Shown: positions 13,240 to 26,349 of the stretch, one piece after another
Numbering within the stretch: the first letter of the stretch is position 1
Layout: every line of letters starts with the position of its first letter
Assembly (NCBI GenBank): GCA_051294905.1
Contig: CM119371.1
Coordinates: 10,976,001 to 11,040,000, forward strand
Direction: 5' to 3'
Length of the DNA: 64,000 bases
From: Botryllus schlosseri
Taxonomy: Eukaryota
Translations under genes and position numbers: made by a program
Notes under the pieces: generated by a model
What the model was told of the DNA's origin: nothing
The model's input: only the letters and a program-made list of their open reading frames with translations
The model's database searches: none

Positions 13240-14256
13240 TTTGATATGTTCCATTGTCATAATGTCCTACACCTGTGAACCAATCTTCAAGTTGCGCATT
13301 CAATGTTTAGCTCGGTAATTCCGTTATTAAAGTTGAGTATGCATAGGTACGTGCTACGCTCCCGCAAAGGTCGGTATGGAACTGCGTTAGTTTAAAAGTT
13401 GTTCAATCATGAAATGCGTAACAAAATTTGACATGGTGCATTGTCATAATGTCTTACAACTGCGTACCGAGTTTCAAGGTGGGGAGTCGATTATTAATAT
13501 GGTAATTCCGTTATTAAAGTTGACTATGTATAGGTACGTGCTACGCTACGGAAAAACAGATTTAGCCAAAAGTCTGTATAGAACTGCGTTGGTTTTAAAG
13601 GTGTTACATCATGGAATGCCTGACGAAATTTGGTATGGTGCATTGTTATTATGTCCTACAACTGCGTACCAACGTTCAAGGTGAGAATTTAATGTTTAAC
13701 ATGCTAATTCTGTTACTAAAATTGGTATCGGTATATGCTATGTTCACGAAAAACAGATATGCGTAAAAGTCGATATTCGACTGCGATAGTTTCAAAGGTG
13801 TTCCATCATTAGATGTGTGATGAAATTTAGCATGGTGCATTGCCATAATGTCCTACAACTACGTATCAAGTTTAGAGTTGGGATTCAATGTTAAGCATGG
13901 TAATTCCGTTATTAAAGTTGACTATGTATAGGTACGTTCTATACGCTCCCGCAAAACAGATGTACGCAAAAAGTCGATGTAGAGCCGCGTTAGTTTTAAA
14001 GTTGTTCCATTATGAAATGCGTGAGGAAATTTGGTATGCTACATAATCACAATGTCCTACAACTACGTACCAAGTTGCAAGGTGAGGAGTCACATATTAG
14101 CTTGGTATTTCTGTTATTAAAGCTGACTATGTATATGTATACGCTACCGAATACAGATTTAGGCAAAAGTTGCTATAGAACTGCGTTAGTTTTAAAGTTG
14201 TTCCATCATGAAATGGTTGATGAAATTTGGTATGCTGCATAATCACAATGCCCTGG
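13240..14256 (+). repeat. Tandem array of about five diverged 190-204 bp units
   Basis: Motif CATAATGTCCTACAACT recurs near 13257, 13445, 13647, 13844, 14048 and 14244. GGTAATTCCGTTATTAAAGTTGA and GAACTGCGTTAGTTTTAAA also recur. Confidence 0.9.
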
Positions 14257-17200
14257 AGCTCATTTAGATACGTTTTTAATGTAGTTTCACGTTCTAGTTG
14301 TTTTGATGTAAGGAGAAAATCATTCGATAACTCGATACAACTAGTTAACGCGCGTTGATGTAACTTTCCTCATTTGTATGCATAGCCTACGCGCAATTGG
14401 TTACCGAATTTTTCGATTAGTTTATATTCCGTATTTTATTTAAAACTGAAACTGTTAAGTACTACTTAAAGTGTTATAAAATGTGAAAAAGTGTACAAGT
14501 AGAATTATTACTATGTCATGAATAAGTAGTTTACAAATTCATACGATTTTTCTTTTTGCGTTCCGGGATAAAATGTAATTTTTCTCTCTTTTTTATTTTT
14601 TATTTTTTCAATAAAATTAGTATTCATTTTACAAAAAACGTCGTGTAAAGATAAAGTACTTGTACATTTCGTAGTGCTCAAGTATAAGTTTTTAATGTAT
14701 TAACTTGATAAAATTTTCAGAATAGAGACTTTTGCGTAAAGTCTGTCTTGCATTTAGTTGCCAGCTCTGAAAGAAAGCAAAGTTTGTGGTATTTGCGCAA
14801 CATCGAAAATCGATAAAGTAGTCTAAAACCTAGATACTTTTTACGTGGAGGGAGTACATAGCGAAGTACTTGTACATTTTGGAGTACTCAAGTATAGGTT
14901 TGGCCTGCTTGCGGTATACTTAATGAATCATTCCTGTGTCATAAACACTTGAGTAGTTGGTGCGTGTAGACAAAAACCTACTTGAGTACATAATTTTTAT
15001 TTTCCATTAAAATTTGTATTCATTTTACAAAAACGCCGTGTAAAGTTAAAGTACTTGTACATTTCGGAGTACTCAAGTATAGGTTTTGTTAGCGTATTAT
15101 ATGCTCAGTATATTATATGTCGAGAATTGTGGAGCATTTATGCGGGTCTCCGGGGTGCTCGTCATTGAGTGTCCGTGTTGGGCGATAAGTTTAATTCGCA
15201 AAATTAGTGTGTTCAAATCAGGCCTGTCGCCAATATAGTGATGTCGCATTAGCCCTAAATACACATAATAGAATATCAAGGAAAAGTATCATCTAACGTA
15301 TAATGAATGTTATTTATTTCTCGGAAGCAAGTTATTATCAAAGCATAGTGGTCAAAATTATCGTAGAGCAATACCGATTTTGCGTAAATTCCGTTATGCG
15401 TCTGACTACGTTACTAGGGATTATGTAGTTAGTTAGGAAATTAGGAGTCCTATCTTCCCAATCGGTATGGAACAACATCAAAAGCATCACAAAGCAATAT
15501 CATAACATAATAGAAAATCTGTCGATTCTAGCCAAGGTAAGTTTTGACGCAGCAATCATAAGTCGTAAAATGTGGAAACTGCAGAAACCGTAACTTGTAC
15601 ACATAAAATCAAGTTTAAAAAATATGGACGGATGATATTGGTCCTAAATACACATAATACAATATCTGAGAAAAGTATCAAGATGCGGCAATCAATGCAG
15701 CGATGATATAGCAATGGATGGATGATGTGGCACTATAGGCGTGACGCTTGATGATGTGACACAGATGACGTAGCAGATGAATGTTCCCTTATGGGATGAA
15801 AATGGGCGTGGCAATTAGGATGACGTGGCGCTCTCTGATTGGCCTGCAACAAAGTTCCTTACCCTCACTACTATTGAGGCCGTTCACACTTCCATTTGTG
15901 TGCATTGGAATCAACTTTTATCAAAATACACCAACCAAAACTCTGTCAACAAAAGGAGTTCGTGTATCACCTAAAAATAGTACATTGAACGCTCTCTCAT
16001 TCGAAATTTCATGCTGGTGACGGCATATTTTGTGATACGATTGTTGATATACAATGTTCTTTCCAATTTGCTACTACTTGCTGACGATTACCCCTGACGA
16101 GTGTCAGCCGAAAATATTCGGGTTCATTTCAATATGAATATACTATTTAATTGTAAATTGAAGTTCTGTACCTCCAAGAAGCTCTTCTGAAAAATAATTA
16201 TTTAGCGTAGTGACATTTTGTGACCAACGAATGCAAATCGATCATGATATTACATTATACGCTTTCGTCAACATAACGACTTGGCGTAGAAACACTTTCA
16301 CGTTTTTTGAATAACTGGATTCTCGAGACTTGTTACTTGTACGATGTACCGTTGGTATGCAACTATAACGACCATTTTGTATGATAGTATGTTTTAGCTG
16401 TATTGTTGCGAGGACAATCATATGATGACTCAGCACTTTTCGTTAGCAAAGTAAATTGTTTTGTGCGTTAGATTTGTGGAAAGTAAGTCGAATACATACT
16501 CTTTTGTGGAAGTAACTGTATTACTGTGATATCGTTGGTAGGTATCTCAAGCAGTCACCGTGGTTTTAATTTCGAAAGATGTCGCGATGTCGGTACAATG
16601 TTTTCTAAAAGTCAAACTCGGATGGATATGACTGTGTAGGACTTACGATAAACATTATACTCATACAACTTTGTTACAAGAACTATGATATTTCTGTAAG
16701 CACTATAGTTGTGTGTTGGATTATTTGAATATTTAGATGCGTGACCATTCGTGTAAAAAACGACATCAAAACAGTTTGCAGAGTCTAACCAATCATTTAG
16801 TTTCGTAGTGTGAGGATATCGAGTAAAGTCGACTACTTTGTGTGATGTAAATATCCTTCGTACTTTTGTAAGAGTTGTGAGGATGATCATTCGTATCCTA
16901 CAAAGTAACTAGTTGATACTACAAAATATTGAATGACCGCTAACACACTGAGTTCCTAACCCAAGATAGTGAAAATTGTTTATTGTTAGACTAACATAAT
17001 TCGTATCCAGCAAAACGATAGATACCGAAGGTTCGACGGTGTTTAAATCTAGATTGTATGAAGCGAAGGGATCAGTACATCCAGTAATAAAATCGAAACG
17101 TCCAAAACAAATTTTCTATGTCTTGGTTGTTGTAAATAACTATTTGGTATGATATTAGTTGGGTGTGTGACAATTCACAAGATGAAGACGAATGATTTGA

Positions 17201-20200
17201 TTTTTATTAAACTAAAAAAGTACTTTTCTTTCGGTATTGGACCTTGCGTTCTGATATTGATAGATGTATTGAGTAATATGGCTAGTTTATAAAAATCCCG
17301 GTAATGTTTATTGGTACCCTAAGTCGGGTGATCAATTATAAAATGTCGGTGATGTTTCTTGTGTGTGCACGTTATCGTCAGATTAATACGACTACATTTT
17401 ACTGAAGGAATAAAAAAAAACAGGTCTGTGATATGTGAATACGACCGAGATTGATTAGTAAAGTTTACAGTTGTAATGATTGTGTATATTACTGAAATCG
17501 TGTCTACTTACTCTGAGTACGTTGGATAAGGCAGTAGGTCAATGTGGTTAAGATTTTCTCACAGCCCGATGTCTTGGATTCACTTGTGCGAATTGCTATC
17601 ATAGACCGAGTATTCAAATCTCGTCGTATGCACAGAGTAGTGATTACTTTGTGTTATAGATTAGTAACGACTTTTACAGTTGAATAAAAATTATCGGTCA
17701 TACTAATACCATCAGGATGAATTAATTCAAGTTTGCGAGTTGTAGTGATATAGTCAAGTAAGTGAAAACTAGATTTTCCGAGTAGTGATTACTTTGTGTT
17801 ATAGATTAGTAACGACTTTTACAGTTGAATAAAAATTATCGGTCATACGAATACCACAAGGATGAATTAATTCAAGTTTGCGAGTTGTAGTGATATAGTC
17901 AAGTAAGTGAAAACTAGATTTTAAACACTTGTTATTGTTTTGAATAATTCTTTTGAGTATGGTAAGACGTTAAAATGTATCTTTGACAAACGGAAAGCTG
18001 GATCGGGAATAGAGTTGTAATGTTACATTACTTGTTTCAAATCAATGTGTGTATAATTTCGAAATGTGAGTGGGTGAAAGTTGGTAGGTATTCTTGTCAA
18101 TCTATTTCAATTCAGACTATGTCAAAGTTGAGATATTTCATTTTGGATTATCTGAATTTACCTTTAGTAGTCAATCCTATTCTAGAAGCGTGATGGTAAA
18201 TACCCTGATTAGTATGATCAGTTTACAAAATCGCGGTGATGTTTTTTGTCGCATGCGTGTTATCATCAAGCGAATACGTGATTTCTCTCAAGTCTTAGGA
18301 TTAGGGTTGAGTTTGTGAAATATTATTTAATAATCATATAATACCATTCCTCAAAAACAGTGGCTTGAGTTTGTGAAATATTATTTAATAATCATATAAT
18401 ACCAGTCCTCAAAACAGTGGCGGGATTGTGAGAAATAAATAAATTCCCAATCAAACACTTTTCATACATACGAATCAAGTTTTTTCTCAATCGAGGTGCT
18501 GATAATGGTGTTTATTAAAACTTTGCTCATATCGTAACACCCTTCACCACAACGCAAGAGTTGGTATACATGAAAATAATTTTTTATCGATCACTGATCG
18601 AACACTCGAATCTCGGGTTGGGGGCCAATTGGTTAATAGGTATTCCGTATTGAATTTGTTTGTATCACGATAGCCTGCATTATAACACATGGATTCTCTT
18701 GCGAGATATTTTTCAGTCTATCACTAGTCAAACATTCAAATCTCGTATACTCAATATACAATTTGGTAATCTCAATGTCACATTACCCGAGCAATAATTG
18801 TTGTGTCTTACAGAATATTAACTTATTTTACAGTTGAATAAAAAATCACTGATCGAGTTGTAAGGTTTCAAACCTTGATATTGTCGTTTCAACTTTAGCT
18901 TTGACTCGTGTAAACGATTAGGTTTGTGAAATATTTGCTGCTAATGACATTATACCATTCTGAAATACCGCGCATGCGTAATATTGTTATACAGAGTCAG
19001 TTTGGCGCTGAGCGGTGGTAAATTATCATATTCGGACACAATTCAGCTTCACTTGTAGCGCGAGTGAGATTTCGAGTTGGTAAATTGACACATTGATTGA
19101 ATATTACCATGATTCTTATGACGTGTCTAAAGTCAATCCTATTCTAGAAGCGTGGAAACTTATAGCGACTGTGTGGAAATCGAAAACAGAGCCGAAAGTT
19201 GGTCAAGTCAAGTAATATTCCTAAAAAGATTGTATGATTTTACAATTATTTCGCATCTATTTGAGTATGTGGTAATCTCACAAAGGATTAGGGTTAGGGC
19301 GGAAATAAGTGACAATTTGTTGCTATTCAAGTTACCCACACTGATGGTTCTGTTAGTCGGTATTTATTAAATCTTACCAGCGAAATCAAGTTCTGTGACA
19401 AACTGATTACTAAAATTTCACCGCGTGAGCGATCGGTATGTTTGTAACACCAAGTCACTAAAAATGGTTATGCCCGAGACATTATCTTGTCAGCGATCGC
19501 GGGATTTGCAATCTATTTTACACTTTTTGATGTGGTAATTTACGAGCGCGGTTATTTGTTGGTCGCTTTTCGTGTCGCTACTGAATACTGAATACTGCTG
19601 AATGTAATAGCACCGAATGGATTAGTGGAATAATCGATACGATAGTGCGCGCTCCGAATTTGTAAAACGGACGTATTTAGTTGGTCACACAGGTCAAAAT
19701 ACAACCGCCAACATCTGGTTTTCAAAATCGCACAATGCACTGCGGATTAGTGAATTTCCCCGTCGGAAATAAGTGACAATTTGTTGCTATTCAAGTTACC
19801 CACACTGATGGTTCTGTTAGTCGGTATTTATTAAATCTTACCAGTGAAATCCAGTTCTGTGACAAACTGATTACTAAAATTTAACCGCGTGAGTGATCGG
19901 TATGGCTATGACACCAAATCGTGAAGGATGACTATGTCTGAGGTGTTATCTTGTGGGTGATCGTAGGATTTTACAAATATTCCACACCTTTTTGAATAAG
20001 CGTTAACTTCACAAAGGATTACGGCTAGAATAGAAACAAGTGACAATTTGTTGGTATTCGAAACACCGTCTACGCCGGCTCTGTGGCAAACTTCGCGATC
20101 TATACCCGAAAGTACGATATGCGACCGCATCCATAAGAACACATGGCGAATCACCAGAGACCTCGTAAGAATACATGATAGGCACATCATCGCCGCGGCC

Positions 20201-20718
20201 TATACCCACAACGTTAGCATGCGACCGATCCCTATCTACATAACGCTATCATGCGACCGGAGCCTATACCTGAAAACATTAGCATGCCGCCGCACCCATA
20301 AGACGCAATAGCCGCATGCCGCCCCGCCATAAGACATAAGAGCCGCTTGCGACCCCCGCCATAGGAAATAAGAGCCGCTTGCGACCACCGTCGTAAGAAA
20401 TAAGAGCCGCTTGCGACCTCCATCGTAGGAAATAAGAGCCGCTTGCAACCACCATCGTATGAAATAAGACAATAGCCGCTTGCCACCCCCGCCATAAGAC
20501 ACACGTGATCAATATACCTGATACATATTCCACACCGTGCGAGAGATGTCTATACCGAAAGGGCGATTCACGACCGCACCCATAAGAACACATGGCGAGT
20601 CACCACAGTTCCCGTAAGAATACATGACATGCCAGGCGAATCACCGCCGCAGCCTATATTCAGGTTACGTAGCAATCAATAGCGAGGAAAGAGTTAGAAC
20701 ACGATCGGTCATTTGTCG

Positions 20719-22901
20719 CAGTGATGAGCGGAGTCTGCTTTTCCAGACTCCGAGTCCCTCCGACAACTTTGGTCTGTGAGGCAAAGTCCCTCCGACTCCG
20801 GGCAGCTCAATCCCAGACTCCGAGATAACCCGAAGAATCTTGTCCAGTCTCCGAAACATCCATAACGGTAGAGGTAGCTATTCAAAAACATTGTCGAAGA
20901 ATCCCAATGATAGCAACTCATAGTTCCTCTGACAGCTTCTGCTTCAAAGATGAAGCCTCCTCATCAAACTTAGGTTTCACCGTATATCTGGATGGCAAAA
21001 CGTCGTCTGCACTCACTTTGCCATGCATTTCCCCAATATCGATCAAGGCATCAGCCATCTGCTTGAGGTCCTTCCCCTCAACAGAGCTCAGTGGTCTGAT
21101 ATCATGGGATACAAAGGAGACAACACCACGGCAAAACTTCTCCTTTGATTTCTCGCTTACTTTTTTGTTGGAAGAAAGAAAGGAGCTTATCTTCAACTGC
21201 GATCCATTCTTCTTACACGCTTCGATATGTCTTCGAAGATGCGACGTACCACTTGTCAACTTTTGTAAACATTGCAATTTTGATATTTCGCAAACCCAGT
21301 ATACTGGCCATTATTATCATGCATCAGAGTGAAATCCTTCCACACATCACTCTTTTTCTGCCTCTTTGTGGGTAACCCACTTGACCACGACGGAGGAAAA
21401 CCAGTCAGTCCGAACTAACTACCACTTACATCGACGATCACATCACAGGTTTCAGTAAATTAAGTTCCGCATCGCCATGAAACAGTTGATGGAGCTGCAC
21501 TAAACAGACTTGATGCATCACTGACGCACCGATCGACGCTCCTTGGAGTTTACTAAATGACTATTGACTTCCAATTTTAAAGCTGATACATGATATCTGG
21601 AATTTGGAGTTTGAGACAGACCAGCAGCAGAAACTTGTTTGCGGTGCTGATTTTTCTTATCACATCAAAGTCATTTCTCAATCAAAACAAACATTACATG
21701 ACGCAAATTCAGAAGAGTTCTGGATGACTGATTACGTCTGTCAATATTGAAGGAAGCGTAGTTGATGCGAGTTGCGAGCAGAGCAAAGCAGACAGTTGTA
21801 GTTATTTAGTGTAGCTGTTCAGAAATTCGGAATATTTTGTTTTTACTGGGTAAGATCAGCTTACCTTAGTGATTTAGGTATTGTTGAAATCTTTGAAGCG
21901 GGCTTAGATGCTGGTATGCCCCTGTAAGCGGATCTTACTAGCGAAAATTCGTCGCAACGTCATTCAATCATTATAACACATTGTATAAGCTATTATTGTT
22001 TCAATCCAGAAACTTGCTTGTTGTATGTATATTTCTCACAGGTATAAAAGTAGTATTGATGTAACACTTATTATCGATATCTCTCACTGCAGAGTAGTAA
22101 AGTAGCAAAGTACGATGAAAGTTGCGAAAAGTTCTCACAAAAGTGGTATCGCATATTATCTCGTTTCAACTGATACCAACGTTGGGAATACATTTTCACA
22201 AAATGGACCTATTACTACGTTGAATGTCATCAGGATAATGGGATATATTCCGTTATGATCATGAACCTGCTGGAAGAATCAGGGTAGCTAAAGGATGTAC
22301 CATTGGGAAGCCGAAGCCCCGTTGTATGTTGCTGATTGTAAATGTTTCGCACAATTAATCGGGTAGCATGAAAATCAGTCACGAAACAAATACGCAAGGA
22401 GGAATGTGACTATAGAAGACTGCAATGACAGCAACATGGAAGATTCTGGAGATCTTATCTCATAATATGGTGACATTCAGCTGTGGATTCAAAGACTGCA
22501 TCTCAAGGCAGGGAGCAAATGATGCACTGCGGATGATATTGGGCGCCTTTAATTTTGTGAACTACAGACACTGCTCAACGAAAATGCCTTGCTAGATCAC
22601 TATGTTACTCTCCAGTCCCCAATTACAGTGCAGATGGCTGATTGCTATGCACTGGGCAATCATTTTTGCATGTTACCCGTCATATTACAACTTTACAAGG
22701 TGTCAACTGTCTGTGTTTTGGTTGGTAATCAATAGTGTCGTCCGGTCAGAGCTATCGAAAGATACCGGGGGCAAAACTTACAACACTCCGGTAAACTCCG
22801 GAAAAATATCTGTAGTAAACTCCGAGTCCACTCCGAGTATCACAAAATTGACAAAACTCCGCTCCGGATACACTCCGACTCCGCTCCGATGCTCATCACT
22901 G
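20719..22901 (-). mobile_element. Internally deleted hAT element (Hermes/hobo-like) inserted in the right TIR
   Basis: 11-bp TIRs CAGTGATGAGC/GCTCATCACTG; 8-bp TSD ATTTGTCG at 20711-20718 and 22902-22909. The left TIR keeps the empty site (CGACAAAT at 5242-5249). Subterminal ACTCCG repeats are present. Confidence 0.95.
20918..21310 (-). pseudogene. Truncated hAT transposase N-terminus: BED finger remnant plus Hermes-type DNA-binding domain
   Basis: CLQKLTSGTSHLRRHIEAC (BED-like) and SFVSHDIRPLSSVEG...LIDIGEMHGKVSADDVLPSRYTV (resembles the Hermes DxRPFxxVxG...LLPS segment). No catalytic domain follows. Confidence 0.85.
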
Positions 22902-24040
22902 ATTTGTCGCGACTGAACTACGATATCATATATAATAATTTACGATATACACATTAACAAACGTTCATTCGCATGACTATTTACTTGATACATATTCAAC
23001 ACCGTGTGAGAGATTCCTATACCCGAAAGTACGATATGCCGACGCATCCATAAGAACACATGGTGAATCACCAGCGATCGCGTAAGAATACATGACAGGC
23101 ACATCATCGCCGCAGCCTATACGCGAAAGTACGACGTGCGAGAGATGCCTATACCTAAAAGTACGATGTGCCAACACGAGTTTTCAATACGATATGCGAG
23201 AGATACCTATACCTGAAAGTACGACATGCGAGCGCACCCATAAGAACGCATTACGATGTGCGACCGAGAGGGGGGTCAAAAAGTACGATATGCCACCACG
23301 AGTTTTCCATACGATGTGCGACCGCGCCCATAAGAGCCCGTGCAAAAAACACCAATGTGCCAGCGATCGACTACACTACTCTCGTCAGCGGCAATTTGAA
23401 GCGTATCTCGCTGCGCCGATCACTTCATATCTGGAATACTTACAAGGGCACTTCTGTCTAATAAGGTATTTTGCAGTATTTCGCTTTTGTGACAGGTGGA
23501 TGCGATCCATATATTGCTGGAAACGGTTCGAGATTTCCTTTGATAACAGTGCAGCTATTTTGATCTATAGACATACAAACAAAGTATATTCTGAGAAAAA
23601 CTCTTTGAAAAACTACAACCGGTATAGCTTAGAAAAATAGGGATATGAACTTTAGAATGACATCAATAGACAGACACAGTTGTTGATAAGCATCTAACAG
23701 TGAACAATTTCTACCACAATTTGATCAGTTATAGCCACAAGGTAGGCACATAGTCACCTCGACTCTCGAACCATAATGATTTTACGCTTTTTAACAGCGG
23801 AAAAACGTTGAGCGGCAGTCTTATTTTATCCTTTAAAACCCAATATATTTTATGATTGCATTATCTGGGAACAGTACACTGTAAAAAATAAACCCGATTT
23901 ACCGCGAGTTGTTTGGAAGCACGGTAGCGAAACACATTGCGATAACAAAACCTTCCCGTAAGTCCATGGTAATTCAACTTACAGCCTTCCGGTAATCACA
24001 CTTTACGAGCAAAACGGTAATTTTAGAGATATCCTATACC

Positions 24041-24748
24041 TAGGATTGCCATATCGTCCTTATTTCTAAGATTTGTCCTTCTTTTCGAGTTGGGTCCTTA
24101 TTTTGTCTTATTTTCAACAACTACAGAACTTTGATCGTTTTCCTGTGGTAGCCTATCTGTGTTGCAATATCTGCAATTGTGAGATTAACCTGGAGTTCAT
24201 AGAAAAGACGGCTATTTCAACTTATATTGATACTCAAAACACAAGAAGTGTATCATTGCTTAGTTAGAGCCAGTCGATTGAAAGAAATTCACTAGTCGAT
24301 CAGCACCAACGACCACAGACTACAATGCAGCTGCTGCTAGGGGTATCTGGGCATTCCATACTGTAAAAGACCAGCAATCATTCCTCATCAACGATTGTAC
24401 ATCGCAATTGTTCAAAGAAATATTCCCCAACTCGCATATCAAGTAAACTTGCTTTGACCAGGACCAAGACTACAATTATTGTTACTGGAGTTCTTGCTCT
24501 ATATGATGAAAAACCTTTTACCATCTTGGTTGACGCCTTTAATCACAACGAGGTGAAGGAGTTTGGTTTATCACCCTATGGGGGGCCCAAGACCAACCTT
24601 TTTTTCGGCGAAAAGTATGAAAAATGATATGCCACGGCTGATATGAGCAGTGGGTACAAGGTAGCCTATATGCACAAAAACGCTTTTTAATGCCGATCTA
24701 ATTTTTCGACTGTCCTTACTTTTTTGTTCCATATCGATGGCAACCCTA
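24041..24748 (+). mobile_element. hAT derivative with a transposase remnant
   Basis: Ends TAGGATTGCCAT...ATGGCAACCCTA; degenerate TSD CCTATACC/CCTAGATC; absent from the paralog near 47515. Internal frame GIWAFHTVKDQQSFLINDCTSQLFKEIF...RTKT is hAT-like. Confidence 0.75.
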
Positions 24749-26349
24749 CCTAGATCTCTGGTAGATTCAACCTACATGTCCCCGTACATTTGCGACCGAG
24801 ACTGTAAATTAACCACTCACTGGGAAGGTCTACACTACATGCTGTCTATGTAGCCTATTTCATGATTAGGCCTACCTGTCTGCTTGTAAATTAACGTACA
24901 CTATTAATATTTTTTTATTAGAATGCATGAAATATCATCACGAAAATACAAAACCGGTAAGCCTGAGAGTGTTAACAATCCATCACTCTGCTACATGCTG
25001 TATCCACCATTGCAAACTATGGGATTCTCGGATTGAAATATATCCTTTCCAATTGGTTCTCTTCGTCCTTATTCCTTCGCCTGTGTAGGTAGTATCTTGC
25101 AGTTCTACTCGAAAAGAATCTATGCGTAAGTCGCCATTAAACAAAGTTCCTGAATTAGAAATGACATTATACAGACCAACCCTTGGCCTACGGGCCAATT
25201 AAGCGCCGTATGATCGTGTTCTTGCCAAACGAGCCCAGTTGTATACAGAGGCGACCCGTAATATATGCAAGTGACATTATTATTGATCGAATTCATTCAT
25301 TAACTGAGAAAAAATTTCGCGCTTCTCGCGGCCAGAATATGAATGAACACAGTTGCTATCAATTGTATTGCTTAGTAATCAATTTTTAACGTTACCTGAT
25401 TCGGTTTGCTCCTATCGGACGACTAGAAAAAGGCCACCAACATTCAGACCCCCCCTCGCTGTGGTTCGTAAATCTCGTTTCCTTCAACCGAAAACTTTGG
25501 ACACCCCTGAACTAAGACAAATAGGCTAACAAACATATCTCAAGTTTCGAACTATCGGTACTGGTTCATTGTGTAACTCTAAGAGTTACATCGTTTTACA
25601 GGATTTAGAGATTTATGACTGACTTTATGTCTCTGGTATTGAAGCAAAGGTTCTTCATTTGAGGGAATGGACGTCAAACATATCCAGCAGTGCGTTAAAG
25701 AATATCCAAGCTGTGGCCCAATAAGGGATTTTGACAAGTCAACTGTTTCAATTCCTCAGCGGAGAATGTGGCGCCACAGGTCACTAGATAAGTCGACTAA
25801 TATCTCAAAATAAAACAGAGGATGCGACGAATGAAATATTTCAATGAAAAAAGAGTCATCCATGTATTACGCACAGTCGTAGATGTTCACGGTAGCTAAT
25901 ATTATGTATATTACTACTATATTTTACCATGCGTATCTCAGTCATCATTTCTAGGAATCTTCAACGAACTATTTCACTTTTTTTCAATCACAACACGCTT
26001 CGCACCACCCTTTGCGCAAGGCCCACACGATTTCGAAATCAGTGATATTCACCCCCTTCACATATGCCACCAATGACACTGGTCAACAAAATGAAGAAAA
26101 AGAATTCGACAGAACATCTGAGAGCCGTTTCTGGGGTTTTCGAGGTTACTGATTACGAATATCACATTAGTTCTGCCAGATTGGCTCTATTTCAGACGAT
26201 ATTTATACCCCTAAAAATGCCTAAAATAACTATTTCACTTGATAGGGAGAATAGTCGTTTTTTTCTAATTTTATGCAGCGGATAAATAGATAATTGACTA
26301 AGAAGAACCCTCATGTCGTTCTCAGTCATTCTGTCAATATTAACATGAC

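Larger units (their letters stand above)
4771..23380. mobile_element. Maverick/Polinton-type element, apparently non-autonomous (18,610 bp; about 16.4 kb without the nested hAT)
   Basis: Starts AGTAGTGTAATCGATCG and ends CGATCGACTACACTACT. 6-bp TSD CTCGTC at 4765-4770 and 23381-23386. Long TIRs. The flanks join in the paralogous empty site near 46745-46760. AGT termini, a 6-bp TSD, long TIRs and a 15-20 kb size are established Maverick hallmarks. Confidence 0.88.
17037..23380 (-). repeat. Right TIR of the Maverick (about 4153 bp plus the hAT insertion)
   Basis: Begins CGGTGTTTAAATCTAG at 17037. Reverse complement of 4771-8925 with scattered substitutions. Confidence 0.97.

Noticed and set aside
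13409..14242. Similar ORFs 13409-13684 and 14012-14242 as a repeat-protein gene
   Set aside because: They are translations of satellite units whose lengths are mostly not multiples of three, so the frame is not conserved.
4771..23380. Giant palindrome as an assembly artefact or simple inverted duplication
   Set aside because: The arms differ by substitutions and an arm-specific TSD-flanked insert, the ends carry Maverick termini and a 6-bp TSD, and an empty paralogous site exists.
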